IMG/VR virus record: IMGVR_UViG_3300032116_000004
Span: 251,779 to 315,778 of that record
Length of the DNA: 64,000 nt
Strand: one strand, 5' to 3'
Shown here: in pieces, positions 30,901 to 37,328 of the stretch
How the letters are laid out: every line of letters starts with the position of its first letter
Position numbering within the stretch: position 1 is the stretch's first letter
The notes under the pieces: generated by a model
The model's database searches: none
What the model was told of the DNA's origin: nothing
The model's input: the letters and a program-made list of their open reading frames with translations, nothing else
Program-made: the position numbers and the translations under genes

Positions 30901-33486
30901 CACAGTGGAACGGTTGGCCTGCACAGCATAGGTGTAGGCATCAGTATCTACGAAAATAGAATTTGCAAAAACCTTGACCGGAATGGCTTGGCTGGCAGTA
31001 TCTACCGGAACATCTACCACTAGGTCTTCGCCTTGATAGGTAAATCTAAAAGTCTGGCGGCTCACTGTATCTGTATAGGCAGTCTGCCATCCCAGAAGTT
31101 GGCGGAAAGTGTCTCGAGTGATGTATTGTCGCACCACACCGCTGTTGATAGGTGTGGTCACACTCACTGTGTCTTGCACATAAACGAATTCATCCACAGT
31201 GAGATTGTTATCAAACACAATGTCGCCCACGTTGTTGATGGAGAGATACTTGAGTGGTTGACCAATTATGCTGTCTGTGACACCTTCGCCCACGGCATAA
31301 CTAAACAATTTGGAACCCGAAAAGTTAGAACTGGGGTATGCCACTTGGTCTGCGAAACTCACTCCATTTTCGTCGAACACATCAAAGAATGGTGCTTGGT
31401 TCACACCAGTTTTTTGTTGTGCTGGCATCCAGGTGTCGCCGTTGAAATAGAAAGATCGACCTTGCTGGGTGATGCCACTCAGGCACACGGTATTTTGATT
31501 GATCAGTGCATCAGGAGTGTTGAGATCGGCTGGTTGCAGATCGATGATGGGTGTGCCTGTGCCTGTGGGTTGGATCAGTTGCACTGAGTAGATTTTGTTG
31601 CGCACTTCTGGATCACGGTCAGCGGCAAAAATAACTCGAGATCCACTCTGGAATGCGTAGCCATCCACACTGTAGCCCACTGAGCCGTTGATGTTGCTCA
31701 TGGCATCTGTTTCGCGGAAATCTATGATGTTGATAGGATCCACTGCTTGAGTGCCCATTTCAAACAGTTTTATGTCTGCTCGGAATTCAATGATAGGTCG
31801 CTTGGCACGTTGTATGTTGTCGACCACGGCCACTTGATTGTTGTATTCAGCCGTGGCGTTGATGATGTCCACGTGGAACCAACGATTTGAACGGCTCCAT
31901 GCATTGTAATCAAAACTGGCGCGATTGATGGTGATGTAATCTTGATCCACTGGTGCGTTGAGACTCTCATCAAATGGAGTAGAATCGTAGGGCACCGAAT
32001 CATAGGGCACAGTGCTGGATCTGGTATAGGTTTCTGGAGTGACGAATTTTGTTACCGGCAACAGATCGATGGCTGTGCCCACACCTTCAACGTAGTATTC
32101 TTTGCCGGCGTATGAGGCCGGATTAGTGGTCCCTTGGAACTGTATTTTTAATCCGTTAGACAACACCACACCATTGGGACTGGTATAATTTTTCTTGCCA
32201 ATGATGTCAGCGATATCTATGGTCTGATCTCCAGAACTGTCAACCAGTTTGATCACGCCAAACAATTCTGGATTGTCGGCGTCTTGATAGTAGAGGAAAT
32301 CAAGATCCGCAGTGATAAGCGGAATGCGTTCAAATGCAGTGCCTCCAGAGTTTTTATAAAAACTGATGTTGGAATATTCAGCACCATACAATACCAGCAG
32401 TTTACTGAGAGGATTTACCGGCCTATCCACAGTGAGTTTGATATAGGGATTTAGTGCATCATCGTAGATCAAATTGATGCGCCATACGCTGTAACGTTGG
32501 CTGTCTAAACCTATCTCTACTGTTTCATCAAAAGGTGTGGAATCATAGGGTTGACCTGCACTGTCATACAAGCCAGTGAAGAACCATCCACCGTTGGTCA
32601 AGAAAATGATGGTGCGATTGTTGATGTCAGTGATACCATCAATTCCGCCATACTTCTCTACGAATTCGCTGAAGTAGACATTGTTGATGTCGTCAAACTG
32701 TATGGATGTGGCGAAATCTACTGATCCCGCATCGGCCAGTTGATAGTAGAAATTCTGTGCTGATTTGGCAGGCACGTTGAACGTGATAGTTCCATTGTCA
32801 TCACCATTGTTCTCTACTCCCAATACCTCGCGACTGCTTTGGTTGGGAGTCTGTGGCAACACACCCGATGTGCCTGGCACACTCTGTATCCAGAATCGAT
32901 GGCCGGTCTGTTGCACATCGAAGGTATAAGAACCTTGGCGCACCAGAATGATTGTGGGATTCTGTCCTGCTACACCGCTGAAGGTGTAAGCGGATGTGCC
33001 GCGCTTGACCTGGAAGTCGTCGGTGAGTGGTACGGGAGTGGCAAAGATATCAACTGAATCTGGGCCTTCGGGCAGCCAATAATACTGGCTGAAGTTTACA
33101 AATTTGTCAAAGTCTACGAAAGGATCCCAGCTATAGTATTGGCTGGTAAACAGCCGATCCTGGCGTGTGGTGTTGCCACCCTTGACAGCAATAGAATCGA
33201 TCAGTCCTGGGTATGTCAATGCACCGGTAACGGTATTGGTGTTAGGTTCAAGGAACACAGTGCCCGGCTCAAGTTGATAATCTGTTCTAGTGCGAGTAGG
33301 CTCTAACACATAATTGTCTTCAGGATTTACTCCCGGACCAAGACGACGACCAATATAACCCTGGGTGGGCTTGAGTTTGGGATCCTGCACCAATTGATCC
33401 AATGTGGCATGCAAGAACTGCCGATTGGTATTGGTCCTGAATATCTCAGGCAGGAAATCTACTGTGCGTATTCTAGTAGTCGCCAT
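18979..33486 (-). CDS. giant multidomain baseplate/virion protein (4835 aa)
   Basis: Continuous ORF directly after the gp6-like gene; FG-GAP-like repeats, W..N..Y..G carbohydrate-binding-like repeats, (Y/F)DxxxFD repeats, beta-rich GDGST modules. Confidence 0.8.
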   Translation of the reverse strand: MATTRIRTVDFLPEIFRTNTNRQFLHATLDQLVQDPKLKPTQGYIGRRLGPGVNPEDNYVLEPTRTRTDYQLEPGTVFLEPNTNTVTGALTYPGLIDSIAVKGGNTTRQDRLFTSQYYSWDPFVDFDKFVNFSQYYWLPEGPDSVDIFATPVPLTDDFQVKRGTSAYTFSGVAGQNPTIILVRQGSYTFDVQQTGHRFWIQSVPGTSGVLPQTPNQSSREVLGVENNGDDNGTITFNVPAKSAQNFYYQLADAGSVDFATSIQFDDINNVYFSEFVEKYGGIDGITDINNRTIIFLTNGGWFFTGLYDSAGQPYDSTPFDETVEIGLDSQRYSVWRINLIYDDALNPYIKLTVDRPVNPLSKLLVLYGAEYSNISFYKNSGGTAFERIPLITADLDFLYYQDADNPELFGVIKLVDSSGDQTIDIADIIGKKNYTSPNGVVLSNGLKIQFQGTTNPASYAGKEYYVEGVGTAIDLLPVTKFVTPETYTRSSTVPYDSVPYDSTPFDESLNAPVDQDYITINRASFDYNAWSRSNRWFHVDIINATAEYNNQVAVVDNIQRAKRPIIEFRADIKLFEMGTQAVDPINIIDFRETDAMSNINGSVGYSVDGYAFQSGSRVIFAADRDPEVRNKIYSVQLIQPTGTGTPIIDLQPADLNTPDALINQNTVCLSGITQQGRSFYFNGDTWMPAQQKTGVNQAPFFDVFDENGVSFADQVAYPSSNFSGSKLFSYAVGEGVTDSIIGQPLKYLSINNVGDIVFDNNLTVDEFVYVQDTVSVTTPINSGVVRQYITRDTFRQLLGWQTAYTDTVSRQTFRFTYQGEDLVVDVPVDTASQAIPVKVFANSIFVDTDAYTYAVQANRSTVITFITPPAMGDIVEVSVISQVASPVGFYTVPVNLENNAINADVPQVTLGTVRNHYGSICQNLIPFTGDIAGPNNTRDLGNLIPYGQIILQQGSPLTLASTFINDPGFDFFKSLEFSAQQYEKFKNVLMDTVVRYDWQNMTTAQILDECVELINLGKNELTPFYWTDSLPTGETYEQTVYTVTPITDDTFDTLYSYDFDSANYRAILIYLNDTLLLGGDIDYTVAVDGPRVTILVPLTIGDTITIREYTTTYGNFVPSTPTKLGLYASFMPEIYLDDAYVEPTLVIRGHDGSITVAYEDIRDQVLLEFEKRIFNNLKCPTHGPNDNPIPLTYTDVVPGQFRTTDYSLAEVNQILGVSFLAWVGANKLAYREQDYIPDNQFTWNYSASQNKLNRQLLLGNWRGIYEYFYDTDAPNTRPWEMLGFSEKPTWWELEYGPAPYTSGNLVLWEDLENGLVLDPMGPYVIEKYKRPGLTGVVPAGSEGQLLSPFDVMVGEYDTGSFRKSWTVGDDGPVEASWRKSSSWPFAVQRLLALTRPAEYFALFADRDLYRYNEQFGQYLYDNRFRIQPSQLEIYGNGTIKNSYINWIVDYNRQTGLDSTRDLEIKLENLDVRLCYRMAAFSDKQYIKIFTEKSSPNSLNTSLLLPDESYQLLLYRNPTSAQLTWSSVIIQKTQTGYAVYGYSTTRPYFEIFASIPNGNFRIITAADTVVRAPQDYSNTVVQVPYGYEFTGISSVVDFLLSYGRFMEAQGMTFEDQAGSRILNWTQMAQEFIYWSQQGWAPGSLININPVANKLNVFKPDLVAEPLSVTAPEDILLNQNKQALQGQDYVVERFGNDLTLRGVNNNTFSYLNAKFSAYEHMIVLDNQSVFADLIYDPATGARQSRLLFVGYTTYDWDGSLDAQGFILNQDNILPWVPNTSYSKGQIVKYKDAYWAAVEIIPPESVFDFAKWLKSDYDQIQKGLLPNAATQAENIRNFYDKYSANLERDADLFAFGLIGFRPRRYMQNLNLDDISQVNLYSQFLGTKGTTQATDIFGKANLGKEVAEYEIFENWAILRSIYGANANRSYYELRLNEALLLGNPSTIQIIEPQQFSDADQTVQVDKLWKESYKITDPEILPVITLNQPDLQLPNAGYVNWDDADVKVFSFEDLTPIIADIDNILVGTSFWVAKDNAYDWNIYRSNLVSYPVTQVRDNLNGTCTLTFAGPHDLEVNQQIVIKYFGSVVDGAYRVLSIPSLFTVTVILAIPAPATQITGNGVCFVLESMRVRQAADVSALSYANRLLPGNQAWVDDDGTGHWVVLEKIDPFGSPAELVPQEPETNGRFGTAISQGFNNLACLVGAPGANSGAGALYGFSKASTATYVETQQLTMNANNLQGYGASVATGNLQWAVAGAPDSWAKQGYSVAITRNQNTGSFLQSQLITEVPYRLYQTTASASQTTFNPSGSITITDPADVGVVVDDTVLIRGVDWTYSAPNVVLTTPLAGGETVNIFLFDEYGYSVAISTDERWMYVGAPSGDRVYAYNRVNIQFQAKSFTGDGSTTEFYVGDVIVVDDDSADGGIGATQIGVVVNNIPKTAGVEYNYSNGTVVFDAPPNDGDVVRCTRLQSKTFITTSPQATFDISELYTVSNLSSFSVYVNDVLQRPNMDYSFDESTKVVTFLLTPPTGTILFTSGTYWEYIDFIETPGLSGGRFGHSVTTTTDGAQVVVGAPDDTADAKLLAGKTYVIDRSIESFTVTTAGEDTFTTLRPVIQNATTIEIGKVYRILTVGTTNYVAIGADTNTVGEIFRATGTGSGTGTVRAYTPFTVKVNATYLVPDANGNNNGEFSVDYLTNEVTITAPLNVGDVVEISTNTFKLMQAVQSNAPVAAAAFGRVVDQCPTNCSLYIGQPNDSTVLPEAGSVERFVNQNRLYGSIQGITQDPTLTPGDTIRINNVDVAVSTPASWNSAIGWAANTFVISGSDIYRSIRTVPVGAALTDTTYWQASDWAALYAADIVTANLPNVNAFTTDGYLNITIANHDAAVPFTQLLVMPGLGTAYYDLGLEPMVYTQTIEAPLPIAYAHFGASLNISDEATTLIVGSPQGTAAKPTTFDEGTTFFDSKSTEFFDPLPESGVVYTFDLLSAANGSVTNPSKFVFGQQIYDEDLGSLDEFGTAVSYQGGVLLVGSPQDDLDDSVGDFGRVAQLNNIDRLPAWNVVYRQTPIVDVNLMNSVFMYDRLESKITQYFDFIDPLQGKILGAARQNIDYLGALDPAAYNTGLVNNYGDTWTDNHLGEIWWDLSTVRFIDYHQDSIAYRSRRWSQLFPGSTVDVYQWIESPTPPAAYQGPGEVYSTTSYTVTSKLNPDGLFAARYFFWVKGIREVATQVKKTLSVQAVAQYIENPRSSGIPYVAFISPSTTAIYNGRSFISAQDTILHVEFDRIANDDNVHVEYDLIATDNPNSFLSGGLYRKLLDSFCGEDTIGNKVPDPTLSPAELYGVQFRPRQSFFVDRFLALENYLQRANAILAQFPISDSRPFTLLNSEEPEPTSASGEWNKRVLTYAELTYQNLDEVAPGYKYLVASDSTQNGLWTIYTVVLGSALIGSPKELLLSRVQNYDTKKFWEYIDWVKPGYNTSQRPAAEVATFSDLARLTLPEGSSVKVTRNSFGKFEIYQLLDGTWNRVVLEDGTIAVKAEIWDYALGRFGFDIETFDSQYFDTFPGTETRQIIRAINEELLTGELLIFRNNLLMLMFDFILQEQVAPEWLFKTSLIDVNHKIRDLLPYQIFRQDNQDFVLEYIKEVKPYHVKIKEFNLKYEGIDTYQGSVTDFDCPAYFDTTYNQFVSPILDDGEPPLDPVSSTPSTAPIWQTLPWNQWYQHYTLELQAVDVIEPGAGYTIAPQVVIGAEWQTNTVYTAGQQIFYRSNLYTVQIDGTSGTLAPTFTEGTETNGTLTLAWSGAPGLAVARVNTGGQLVQVIVVDPGTGYTITPAITITGGNGSGARVVAVMGNELVRNFTTTIKFDRYEYTSQVLDWEPNTKYAEGQLVRFQDQVYSVNEVDDSSELDSGSIFDPEDYTLVDPATLAAADRVIGLYAPTPNEPGRELAQVIVGIDYPGVQVKGPGFDQNTGFDVGNFDINPFDNIDYGPEGRPTYDPAILDAIYESSFLDTYLGERTTDINVAGGAFIDTYSSHAPEELVPGATFDTLDMRVYTRPGSDWTGDGHGFNIKTVNLAWTPSNASVSFADAMAHAVAVRVVNITNRVSLIPQEQYTVNWPSQVVTVTAGAAAGDIVSIEIYGIGGGSQLYKESYPGNLVGNSLLLPVAYNEIYELNIVVNGAIITNYNYASSSGGQTTTVTFADTYGINDWVVVTVMGITTPQKTWSFPLTQYFIYDGSTDTYILDNSLQGTNDINLIVERDGNRLRPAESVEYFGDGSSAGPFYLPTRGQVNQGLISDNDVEVYVDQERLFLAVDYTVSPWDGSSDRYVQFNTAPAPGTTIVIALTTDADYIVNNDQLILRVGASVGAVIGITTWNDTQEQGLLTQVFVGPTQTGTTIGEPYDSTNFDAGDVTGLPGSYDYSAGAVIETNNFDTGRPILDTERLWVTLNGWRLLAGNGFTVSGSVVTISGSIIGPGDVVAITSFTQTVVPEAIAFRIFQDMLGIQKIYRILPDTSTVLTQALSATDDIIYVRDAKNLDEPNLPNNIFGQITVNGERITYRERDDWANTVSGLRRGTAGTGADSHAIDAPVLSIGRGELLPNVYQQNTLEQTFLADGSTTTYNAEFGYVNEIDVYLGGSIQCYLGPTIGTLVEIPQDDFTIISVNPITVQLNFVPDAGLQFRVTYTPISGPVSTLTVPTTGSTSRWAAAFSATDLVLQPETVYDVTDLNPITVQFDTVIPAERVVVINDLNSNTFFITQADVATDTFVTDISVTRPIQVSVGGTIVDASEYSVSSVDPITITFATAPQSGVEVVIFIVQAKVLYAQGINTASNGIPLQEQNTEAAWFIEGRV

Positions 33487-33488
33487 GT

Positions 33489-36400
33489 TTATACCACGCC
33501 ACTGTTAGGAGCAGTTCTCAATTCGCTGGATGTCAACGCATCAATGACCTCAATGTCATTGACCGTGGCAGCATTCACAAATATCTCATTGGCTGCACAG
33601 CGTATTTCAAATAGATCGCCAAAACTCTTGAGAGGATCTTGTGGCACCAACACCACGGTAGAAATGATATCTCCTAGTTCTTTGTGTAGATAGGCTGCCA
33701 ACTCTGAGAAGAAAAAGGTCAAGCCAAAATCCCATTTGTCTATGGTAAAGTATTCATTGAGAGCGGCCACCACACGACTCTTTATCTCACTCACCGACAC
33801 CACTGAGTTGTTGGCGCGGATCACTTTCAGCGTGGCTCGCAGTTCAGGGTCACTCTTTAGACCAAACAAAGGTTTGAATACCACAGAGTTAAGGATCACG
33901 TTGTCAGAAATCATTTTGTATCTTTGCAAACTGTTGTATGCTGTGGACAGTTCGTCGATGGTAGGAGGGCTGGGCTCGGGTATAGTTCCAGTGGAGTCTT
34001 TGATATAATTTTGATAGGCATTGTAGTAGGCCGTGGTTACCACATAGATGTCGATGATGTTGCTTGATCCAGGGTCGATGCGACGGCTCAATGGTGCATT
34101 GTGTCTGTATTGGAAATACAACCCCTGGCGGCCGACCCTGGCTATCAATGAATCAATTTGGGTCAGAGTGCGCACGCCGTTGAAGGCCACGTTTAATTCG
34201 TAGAACAAGCCCGCAGTGTAAGCGTAGAAGAATTGTCCGTCACCATATTCGGCTTTGGCCAACTCAATCTGATCCAAGGTGCCATACTCGCTGACCACTG
34301 CTCCAGCTGCCAACGGTAAAAATCTCTCAAGATTGTCAAAGTCCACAGTGCGCTGGAAGAACACATATTTCTGTGTGGGGTTCACATCTGGTGCGACCAG
34401 TGTCTGGAAGTAGTCAGGATCGTCGGCCACGCCGTCGTTGTCGCTGTCTCGGAAACTGATGCGCACTTCAAAATCGTTGACAAAACCATCGGCCTGCACG
34501 GGCTGTCCAATGATGTCCATGACAATGTCAGAATTCTGCGGCAGACTCACGTCTGGCAAGTTATTGGTCTTGAGAGAATTGATGAAGTCATTGATCACTG
34601 TGCCAGTGCGTGGATCATATACTTGCTGTGTGCCGTCGTAGAAGAATCGTGTCTGAAGGATACTGCCCCAGAATCGTTGCAGGCTGCGGCTGGTCACTGT
34701 GTATGTGACGCCGTCGGTTTCAAATGCTACCAACCAAGAATTATCAAGATTCTGACCGCTCTGATCTTGTGCATAGGTCAGGCTGAAAGTGGTTGCAGGG
34801 TTGAGGTTGTTGGCAGTGATTACATACCATTCTTGGGTGAGATTATCAAATCCTAGACCAAAGTTGCGATACAATTCTATCTGCTCAGTCATAGACTGCT
34901 CTATGCTGGTAGGCAAGTCTGTGATAAACGTGGCGATGACCTGCGTAGCAATAGCACCTGTGGGTATAAAATCGTTCAGCACCACCGGTCCTTCACCGGA
35001 TGGCAAATTGCCTGTGCCAAAGTTTGTGCCGTCCAACAATACTGCACTCACGGTGGCCCAAAGAACCACCTTGTCATTGGGTTGAGATGGCAGTCCTAAT
35101 TTGAGTCGATTGTTAGGATCAAAATAGTATCCCGCTGGTGGCACGAATTTGACCAGTGCACCGCGATCGATGTATTTCTTATTGTCGCTGGTGTTTGAAC
35201 CAATGGGTGCAGGTGCACCGCTGCCGATGAATTCGAAATAACCTGTTGTTTCGTTGGCCTGGGTGGTGCTTTGTTGCCACTTAAGACCAATAGGAATGAG
35301 ACTGGGGCGAGGGAAATAATTGTAATAAAATTCCAGCATGCCTCGGCTGGCCAGCACAGGTTCTACTTCGTTGATTATAACATTGGCAATGTCGTTTTTG
35401 TCAATGAATGTAAAAGTGAAACTGGGGCTGGCAGAATTTTCATAGATCAGACCGTCGCTGCCAAACACATTGGTCGAAGAGTATTTGCCGGTGATGTCCG
35501 TGAGATCCAAATATCTGCTGGTACCAATGGAACTGCGATTCACTGCCTTAGATTTGATGATGGTTCCAAACAGCGTGAACGGTAAGTTACTGTAGTCTTC
35601 GCCGTTGACCATCCTGTTCTGTGTGTAGTAACGTGCTGGTGCACGTTCTTTGATAGCGCCAATGGGTTCGCGTGTGGCAGCGTTGCTGACTGGTTGGCTG
35701 AGTCCGCAAGTGAACGTGATAGTTTCCAATCTACCACTGCGGCTGGTGTAGCCGATGGAGATCTGCACAGCCTGCATTTCTTCAGGGTTGATGATGTATT
35801 GCAGACCATTGGAAGCACGAACATATGAGCGGAAGGTGCCCACTGGAATCTCAGAAAATACTCCGTCGCCAAAGTTTAGATCGATCTGATCGTTGGTGCG
35901 GCTTGACACTGAGAAAAACTTGCGCACATTTGGTCCCAGTTGTTCCACAGCGGCTGCATAGATACTTTCTACTTTGGTCCATTCCTGTGAGATCTGTCCC
36001 ACGTCATCCAGTTGATAGAGCCACACATCTTCGTTGTTGATACCTTCGATGTTGACACTGACCACACGATTGGAAATACGTTCGCCAAGATTGAAGTCTT
36101 GATTCTGCAAACTGCCTTGTTTGAAATAAAAGAAAAATCCTGTGTTAGGGCTGGCAAAGCCCAAGCGATCGTTGCGGAACAGCACGTTGAATATGCCCGA
36201 CGGTCTCGGTGCGGGTTCATACACATAGTCTCGGTCCTGGAAGGTAGAACTCACTGCTTCAAATGTCATTGATGTGCCGTCTACTGTGGAAGTGAAAGGG
36301 ACCACGGGCAAATAGCCGGGCACAAGATTGAGACTGTATTCCGATGTTTCCACGCCCAAGATGTTTTTGGTAGCCCCAGGTTTGCCGAAACGCTGGCTGT

Positions 36401-36896
36401 CAACCAAGGCCGCATTGACGATGACTGTGAACTGTTCCTGCCAAGACACGTTGGTAGGATCGTTCCAGTTGACAGTGACCCCAGACAGATTCACACCATT
36501 GTAATCTATGACATTCTCTGTGGTTGATACGTTGAACACTTTGAGATAGCCTTGCGCTTCTTCATTGCGCTTGGGTGTGTAACTGACCAACTCGGCCAAC
36601 TTCACCACTGAATCTCTGCGCTCTGCTGTGTCTATGAAGTTTTCACGGATGTTTAAATCATTACGGAAAGCCAGAGCCTGACCCATGAAAGCCATGACAT
36701 CCAAGAGAGCCACGAATTCCGAACTTTCAATATAGTCGTTGAAATTTTCCGGGTAATAGATACGGATGTAGTCTATGAAACTCTTGCGCAGGGTCTCAAA
36801 ATCGTAACTTTGGAAATCAGCTTCACGATAGGTTGTGTAGATGCGTTTCCAATCTTCTACACCAAATATCGCTGTTTGTCTAGTGGTCTTGGCCAT
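33489..36896 (-). CDS. baseplate wedge subunit, T4 gp6-like
   Basis: DFQSYDFETLR..FNDYIESSE..LLD..ENFIDTAERRDSVVKLA..YTPKR; FGDG; QNRMVNGEDY. Confidence 0.88.
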   Translation of the reverse strand: MAKTTRQTAIFGVEDWKRIYTTYREADFQSYDFETLRKSFIDYIRIYYPENFNDYIESSEFVALLDVMAFMGQALAFRNDLNIRENFIDTAERRDSVVKLAELVSYTPKRNEEAQGYLKVFNVSTTENVIDYNGVNLSGVTVNWNDPTNVSWQEQFTVIVNAALVDSQRFGKPGATKNILGVETSEYSLNLVPGYLPVVPFTSTVDGTSMTFEAVSSTFQDRDYVYEPAPRPSGIFNVLFRNDRLGFASPNTGFFFYFKQGSLQNQDFNLGERISNRVVSVNIEGINNEDVWLYQLDDVGQISQEWTKVESIYAAAVEQLGPNVRKFFSVSSRTNDQIDLNFGDGVFSEIPVGTFRSYVRASNGLQYIINPEEMQAVQISIGYTSRSGRLETITFTCGLSQPVSNAATREPIGAIKERAPARYYTQNRMVNGEDYSNLPFTLFGTIIKSKAVNRSSIGTSRYLDLTDITGKYSSTNVFGSDGLIYENSASPSFTFTFIDKNDIANVIINEVEPVLASRGMLEFYYNYFPRPSLIPIGLKWQQSTTQANETTGYFEFIGSGAPAPIGSNTSDNKKYIDRGALVKFVPPAGYYFDPNNRLKLGLPSQPNDKVVLWATVSAVLLDGTNFGTGNLPSGEGPVVLNDFIPTGAIATQVIATFITDLPTSIEQSMTEQIELYRNFGLGFDNLTQEWYVITANNLNPATTFSLTYAQDQSGQNLDNSWLVAFETDGVTYTVTSRSLQRFWGSILQTRFFYDGTQQVYDPRTGTVINDFINSLKTNNLPDVSLPQNSDIVMDIIGQPVQADGFVNDFEVRISFRDSDNDGVADDPDYFQTLVAPDVNPTQKYVFFQRTVDFDNLERFLPLAAGAVVSEYGTLDQIELAKAEYGDGQFFYAYTAGLFYELNVAFNGVRTLTQIDSLIARVGRQGLYFQYRHNAPLSRRIDPGSSNIIDIYVVTTAYYNAYQNYIKDSTGTIPEPSPPTIDELSTAYNSLQRYKMISDNVILNSVVFKPLFGLKSDPELRATLKVIRANNSVVSVSEIKSRVVAALNEYFTIDKWDFGLTFFFSELAAYLHKELGDIISTVVLVPQDPLKSFGDLFEIRCAANEIFVNAATVNDIEVIDALTSSELRTAPNSGVV

Positions 36897-36913
36897 AATA
36901 CCTTCCGTTTGAG

Positions 36914-36920
36914 TATTTAT
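36914..36920 (-). promoter_or_regulatory. late promoter upstream of the gp6-like gene
   Basis: ATAAATA followed by a GGAAGG SD-like sequence and ATG. Confidence 0.6.
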
Positions 36921-36942
36921 GGTTTAGAAAAACTGGGTAGTT

Positions 36943-37317
36943 TTAGACGTAGGAGGCAGTGCGTGTTTGCTGGTCAAAAAACACAGCTAATCGCTGGGCG
37001 TTTTGCCCTTGCACAGTCTGGATTTCCAGTTCGACCAAGATACCATTGACCTGTGGATAGGCATCGGCTGTGGTGAGATAGATGCGAGGATCTTGTCCCA
37101 CAATCCTTTGCAGTTCTTGGAGCACTAACTCTGCGGTAGATTCAGTCTGGGGCTCAAATACCAAGTTCCACATAGTGGTTCCTACGTCAGGACGCCCCAC
37201 TTTTTCACCCTGACGTATGTTAAGGTAGTTTAAAAGATCGCGCTTGATCAGTTCAAAGTCGACCAAGGTGAACTTTTTGTATTGATTGATGGTGTTGAAT
37301 CCGATGAATGTAGGCAT
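36943..37317 (-). CDS. baseplate wedge subunit, gp25/GPW-like
   Basis: LIKRDLLN..GEKVGRPDVGT..LVFEP..DPRI. Confidence 0.88.
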   Translation of the reverse strand: MPTFIGFNTINQYKKFTLVDFELIKRDLLNYLNIRQGEKVGRPDVGTTMWNLVFEPQTESTAELVLQELQRIVGQDPRIYLTTADAYPQVNGILVELEIQTVQGQNAQRLAVFFDQQTRTASYV

Positions 37318-37322
37318 GACAG

Positions 37323-37328
37323 TATTTA
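37323..37328 (-). promoter_or_regulatory. late promoter (TAAATA-N5-ATG), overlapping the upstream stop codon
   Basis: ttaaata-ctgtc-ATG. Confidence 0.6.
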
